Origin: Mariniflexile sp.
GTDB lineage: Bacteria; Bacteroidota; Bacteroidia; Flavobacteriales; Flavobacteriaceae
Direction of reading: 5' to 3'
Length of the DNA stretch: 64,000 nt
NCBI GenBank assembly: GCA_051275695.1
Contig: JBNMNO010000002.1
Coordinates: 38-64,037, forward strand
Every line of letters starts with the position of its first letter. The first letter of the stretch is position 1. The notes beneath the pieces were generated by a model. It had not been told where the DNA came from. It was given only the letters and a program-made list of their open reading frames with translations, and did not search any database. Made by a program: the position numbers and the translations under genes. Shown here in pieces: positions 60,333-64,000 of this stretch.

Positions 60333-62621
60333 GTGGATTTCTCAAAAAAAAATCTTGTTGTATTTTTAAGTTTAAGTTTAAGTTTTATGGCGTTTAGTCA
60401 ATCAATAATAAAAGGAAAAATTATTGACCTAGACAACAACTCCCCATTATCAGAAGTACGAATCATGAACTCTGCAACTAAAGACACCTTCTATTCTAAT
60501 ATTCAAGGTTTATTTGAAATTTCTAAAACAGGAACCTATTCATTTAAAAAACAAGGTTATGCCGAAAAAAATATCGATTTAAAAAATAATAACTATTACG
60601 TTATTCAATTAAGTATTAACGCTTCTGAATTAAACGAAATAACAATAAACGCTAGTAATATTCCTGAGAAGTTAAAAAAGGCAACAACTACCGTCGAAAT
60701 TATATCTACTATCGATATAGAACGTGGAAATTCAATTAACTTAGCACCAATTTTAAATAAAACCCCAGGGGTATTCATGCAAAGTGGAGCCCTCAACACC
60801 AATCGAATAACCATTAGAGGTATAGGCTCTAGAAATTTATTTGGAACCTCAAAAATAAGAGCATACTTTCAAGACATACCGCTAACCTCGGGAAATGGAG
60901 AAACTAATATTGAAGATTTTGAATTAAGCTCAATATCTCGTTTTGAAGTAATAAAAGGTGCTGGCTCCAGTATTTATGGGGCTGGTTTAGGTGGCACAAT
61001 CCATTTAATGCCTCAAAGTGCGTTTTTAAATCAAACCACTATTCAAAATGACATGTCTTTTGGTTCTTTTGGGCTCATTAAAGGCATTTTAAATGTGAAT
61101 CATGGTACTTCAAAAAATAGTTTTCGAGCTGTTTATAGTAACACTAGTAGTGATGGTTATAGAAATAATAATAAATATAACCGTCAAACTTTCACCATCA
61201 ATACTAACCATTTTTTGAATAAAAAAAATGAGATTTCATTTTTGACCAGTTATATTGACCTAAAAGCATTTATTCCAAGCTCAATCAATGAAGCTACTTA
61301 TAAAAACAATCCGAAAGCTGCTGCATTTACTTGGGCTCAATCTAAGGGATTTGAAGATTCTCAACGCGGAATTTTTGGATTATCATGGAATCATCAATAT
61401 ACGAATAGCACCAAACAAATTACAAGCGTGTTTACATCATTTAAAAACGCTTATGAACCAAGACCCTTTGATATTCTTACCGAAAACACCTCAGCCATTG
61501 GAATTAGAAGTCGAATTTTAGGTTCTATAGAAAAACTAAACTGGACGCTTGGTGGCGAATTATTTAAAGACTCTTATAAATCAATAAATTTCGAAAACTT
61601 GTATCAAAATTATCCAGAAGGAACTGGTAGTGTTGAAGGTGATAAATTCTCCGATTTAAAAGAAAAACGCAGTTATTATAATATGTTTTTTGAAATCAAT
61701 TACAATGCTACAGAAAAAACCATGCTTTCCATAGGATTGAATTTTAATAAAACGGCTTACACCTTGAATGACAGATTTGTTACCAACACGAATCCAGACC
61801 AATCAGGCTCTTATCAATTCAAAGGCATACTTTCGCCTAAATTCGGTGTATCCCATTTGTTTACTAATAACATTAGTGTTTATTCAAATATAAGTCATGG
61901 GTTTTCGCCTCCTTCAACCGCCGAAACATTATTACCAGATGGATTAATTAATACAAATATAAAGCCGGAAACTGGCTGGAATTTTGAAGTAGGCTCTCGA
62001 TCGTCATTCATAAATAACAGATTACAACTTAATGTAGCTTTATACAGATTAGAAATTCGCAATCTTTTAGTGGCGAGAAGAACTGGAAATGATGAGTTTA
62101 TTGGCGTAAATGCTGGCAAAACACAACATGATGGTTTAGAATTTTCCTTAAATTATCAATGGCTTATAAAACAAAAATTTACATTTAATACGTATACAAA
62201 TTACACCTATAACAACTTTATATTTAAAGAATTTATTGATGATGGCGCTAATTATTCTGGAAATGATTTAACAGGTGTTCCAAAAGATGTTTTCAATGCA
62301 GGAATTGATTTATCTTCTTCTTTCGGCCTTTACGGAAATATTAATTTTCAGTATGTAGGAAGCATGCCCATTACAGATAGCAACTCCTTATTTTCTGAAA
62401 GCTACAATCTTGCAAATTTGAAATTTGGATTCCAGAAAAATATTAACAAAAAGCTAAATTTTAAGATTTATTTAGGTATAAATAATATATTTGACCAAGC
62501 CTATGCGTCACAAATTTTAATAAATGCCACAAGTTTTGGAGGTAGTGCACCAAGGTATTATTACCCAGGAAATCCTGTAAACTATTATACAGGCTTTAAT
62601 TTTAATTATAGTATTAACTAA
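60333..62621 (+). CDS. TonB-dependent receptor (non-SusC type)
   Basis: Plug domain (PGVFMQ..RITIRGIG...EVIKGAGSSIYG), LxPETGWNFEVG and NNIFDQAY. Confidence 0.88.
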   Translation: MDFSKKNLVVFLSLSLSFMAFSQSIIKGKIIDLDNNSPLSEVRIMNSATKDTFYSNIQGLFEISKTGTYSFKKQGYAEKNIDLKNNNYYVIQLSINASELNEITINASNIPEKLKKATTTVEIISTIDIERGNSINLAPILNKTPGVFMQSGALNTNRITIRGIGSRNLFGTSKIRAYFQDIPLTSGNGETNIEDFELSSISRFEVIKGAGSSIYGAGLGGTIHLMPQSAFLNQTTIQNDMSFGSFGLIKGILNVNHGTSKNSFRAVYSNTSSDGYRNNNKYNRQTFTINTNHFLNKKNEISFLTSYIDLKAFIPSSINEATYKNNPKAAAFTWAQSKGFEDSQRGIFGLSWNHQYTNSTKQITSVFTSFKNAYEPRPFDILTENTSAIGIRSRILGSIEKLNWTLGGELFKDSYKSINFENLYQNYPEGTGSVEGDKFSDLKEKRSYYNMFFEINYNATEKTMLSIGLNFNKTAYTLNDRFVTNTNPDQSGSYQFKGILSPKFGVSHLFTNNISVYSNISHGFSPPSTAETLLPDGLINTNIKPETGWNFEVGSRSSFINNRLQLNVALYRLEIRNLLVARRTGNDEFIGVNAGKTQHDGLEFSLNYQWLIKQKFTFNTYTNYTYNNFIFKEFIDDGANYSGNDLTGVPKDVFNAGIDLSSSFGLYGNINFQYVGSMPITDSNSLFSESYNLANLKFGFQKNINKKLNFKIYLGINNIFDQAYASQILINATSFGGSAPRYYYPGNPVNYYTGFNFNYSIN

Positions 62622-62631
62622 AAAAATATAA

Positions 62632-63756
62632 ATGAAACATACTTCTATACTCTTAACCCTATTATTAGCTACATGCCTTTCTTGCGCACAACAAATAGAA
62701 TCTGAAATAAAAGCAGAAAGCCCTTCATTTAAGAACCATACAAATGAAATTGTAGTGCCAGATTTAAGTATCCCGTGGGGATTGGCTTTTTTACCAGATG
62801 GCAGCCTTTTAATAACCGAAAAATCAGGAGAACTTATTCACTTTAAAAATGGAGTTAAAACAACTATTGAAGGTATTCCAGAAGTTTACGTTCGCGGTCA
62901 AGGGGGCTTAATGGATTTAAAATTGCACCCAAATTATAACGAGAATGGTTGGATTTACTTTTCTTTCGCTTCTGCTGAAGGAGAAGGTGACGGTGGAAAC
63001 ACCGCAATTATGCGAGCGAAATTAAAAGACAACACATTAATTGACAAGCAATTGCTTTATAAAGCTAACCCTAATACCAAAAAAGGGCAACATTTTGGGT
63101 CACGCATTGAATTTGATAACAATGGTTACTTATACTTCTCTATTGGGGAACGTGGTGAGCGCGATATGAATCCGCAAGATATAACCAGAGATTGTGGTAA
63201 AATTTACAGGTTATATGATGATGGCAGAATCCCGGAAGACAATCCATTTGTAAATACCCCAAATGCAAAAAAAGCTATTTATAGTTATGGCCATAGAAAC
63301 CCACAGGGTATGACAAAAAACCCTGAAACAGGCGACATCTGGGTACATGAACATGGGCCACAAGGAGGTGATGAAATAAATATCATTAAAAAAGGGAAAA
63401 ATTATGGTTGGCCAGTAATATCGTATGGTATTAATTATGATAGCACATCTTTTACAGATTTAACAGAAAAGGAAGGTATGGAGCAACCGTTTTTTTATTG
63501 GGTCCCTTCTATCGCTCCAAGTGGAATGACTTTTGTTACTTCAGATAAATATCCTGACTGGAAAGGTAACTTATTAGTAGGGTCCTTAAAATTCAATTAT
63601 TTAGAACGTTTAATTATTACAGACAATGAAGTTATAAAACGTGAAAAACTAATGGAAGGCATAGGGCGAGTTAGGAATGTGCATCAAGGTACCGATGGGT
63701 ATATTTATGTAGGTGTTGAGGGAAAAGGTGTTATTAAAATTATTCCAAATAATTAA
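62632..63756 (+). CDS. PQQ-dependent sugar (glucose/sorbosone) dehydrogenase lipoprotein
   Basis: PWGLAFLPDG, GQGGLMD, HFGSRI, YGHRNPQG, EHGPQGGDEIN and WVPSIAPSG. Confidence 0.92.
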   Translation: MKHTSILLTLLLATCLSCAQQIESEIKAESPSFKNHTNEIVVPDLSIPWGLAFLPDGSLLITEKSGELIHFKNGVKTTIEGIPEVYVRGQGGLMDLKLHPNYNENGWIYFSFASAEGEGDGGNTAIMRAKLKDNTLIDKQLLYKANPNTKKGQHFGSRIEFDNNGYLYFSIGERGERDMNPQDITRDCGKIYRLYDDGRIPEDNPFVNTPNAKKAIYSYGHRNPQGMTKNPETGDIWVHEHGPQGGDEINIIKKGKNYGWPVISYGINYDSTSFTDLTEKEGMEQPFFYWVPSIAPSGMTFVTSDKYPDWKGNLLVGSLKFNYLERLIITDNEVIKREKLMEGIGRVRNVHQGTDGYIYVGVEGKGVIKIIPNN

Positions 63757-63763
63757 AAATAAC

Positions 63764-64000
63764 ATGAAATTATTCGCTCTGAGTTTATTAACTATGGTTT
63801 CAATAGCCTATACAGGCACATCACAAAATACCGACCTAAAATCTAGTTTAGCACGTGGAGAAGAAATCTATTCCGATTTTTGCATATCATGTCATTTACC
63901 AAATGGAGAAGGTGTTATAAATGTAAATCCCCCTTTAGCCAATTCAGATTACTTGTTAAAAAACAGAGAAGCCAGTATTAGAATTGTAAAATTTGGAAAA
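63764..64000 (+). CDS. c-type cytochrome (truncated by the window end)
   Basis: Manual translation: MKLFALSLL...RGEEIYSDFCISCHLPNGEG...PPLANSD, with a CxxCH motif. Confidence 0.85.
   Translation, partial: MKLFALSLLTMVSIAYTGTSQNTDLKSSLARGEEIYSDFCISCHLPNGEGVINVNPPLANSDYLLKNREASIRIVKFGK

Noticed and set aside
564-62119. Many short ORFs (60-185 aa) overlapping the long genes, e.g. 19761..20318 and 53212..53571
   Set aside because: They lie antisense or out of frame within well-supported CDSs and show no recognisable motifs.
62632-64000. PQQ dehydrogenase and cytochrome c as part of the PUL redox module
   Set aside because: They lie outside the direct repeat and beyond the tRNA, I saw no box upstream, and this is a common stand-alone gene pair.
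1-64000. CRISPR array, prophage, rRNA or defence system
   Set aside because: I saw no regularly spaced repeats and no phage, cas or rRNA signatures. The DxDxDG repeats are protein-level FG-GAP motifs.

Overview
AT-rich DNA with the gene content of a marine-type Bacteroidota (Flavobacteriaceae-like) chromosome. Most of the window (~3.4-59.7 kb) is one very large polysaccharide utilization locus (PUL) aimed at N-glycans/glycoproteins. It holds a SusC/SusD pair, an FG-GAP/ASPIC protein, PNGase F, glycosylasparaginase, GH18, GH20, 2x GH29, 4x GH92, GH125, GH130, GH3, a DUF4838 (GH163-like) protein, 2x GHL10-like proteins, a CBM9-like protein, two sulfatases, an HGSNAT-like acetyltransferase, an EEP phosphatase, MFS and Na+/solute transporters, and a LytS/LytTR pair. 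It lies between dsbD on the left and tRNA-Pro(TGG), a TonB receptor, a PQQ dehydrogenase and a cytochrome c on the right. Main observations beyond the ORFs: (1) a five-gene planctomycete-type cytochrome c / DUF1501 / NHL / FN3-discoidin redox module of unknown function sits inside the PUL; (2) the whole PUL is bracketed by a ~200-bp direct repeat with a perfect 71-bp core; (3) a recurring intergenic box (WTT[C/A]GACNRRYARCA, sometimes in 21-bp-spaced pairs) precedes most transcription units, including the redox module, and suggests a LytTR regulon; (4) a candidate box-controlled sRNA is complementary to the susC translation-initiation region, and a small uORF lies in the susC leader. All product calls come from motif recognition by eye; no database searches were run.
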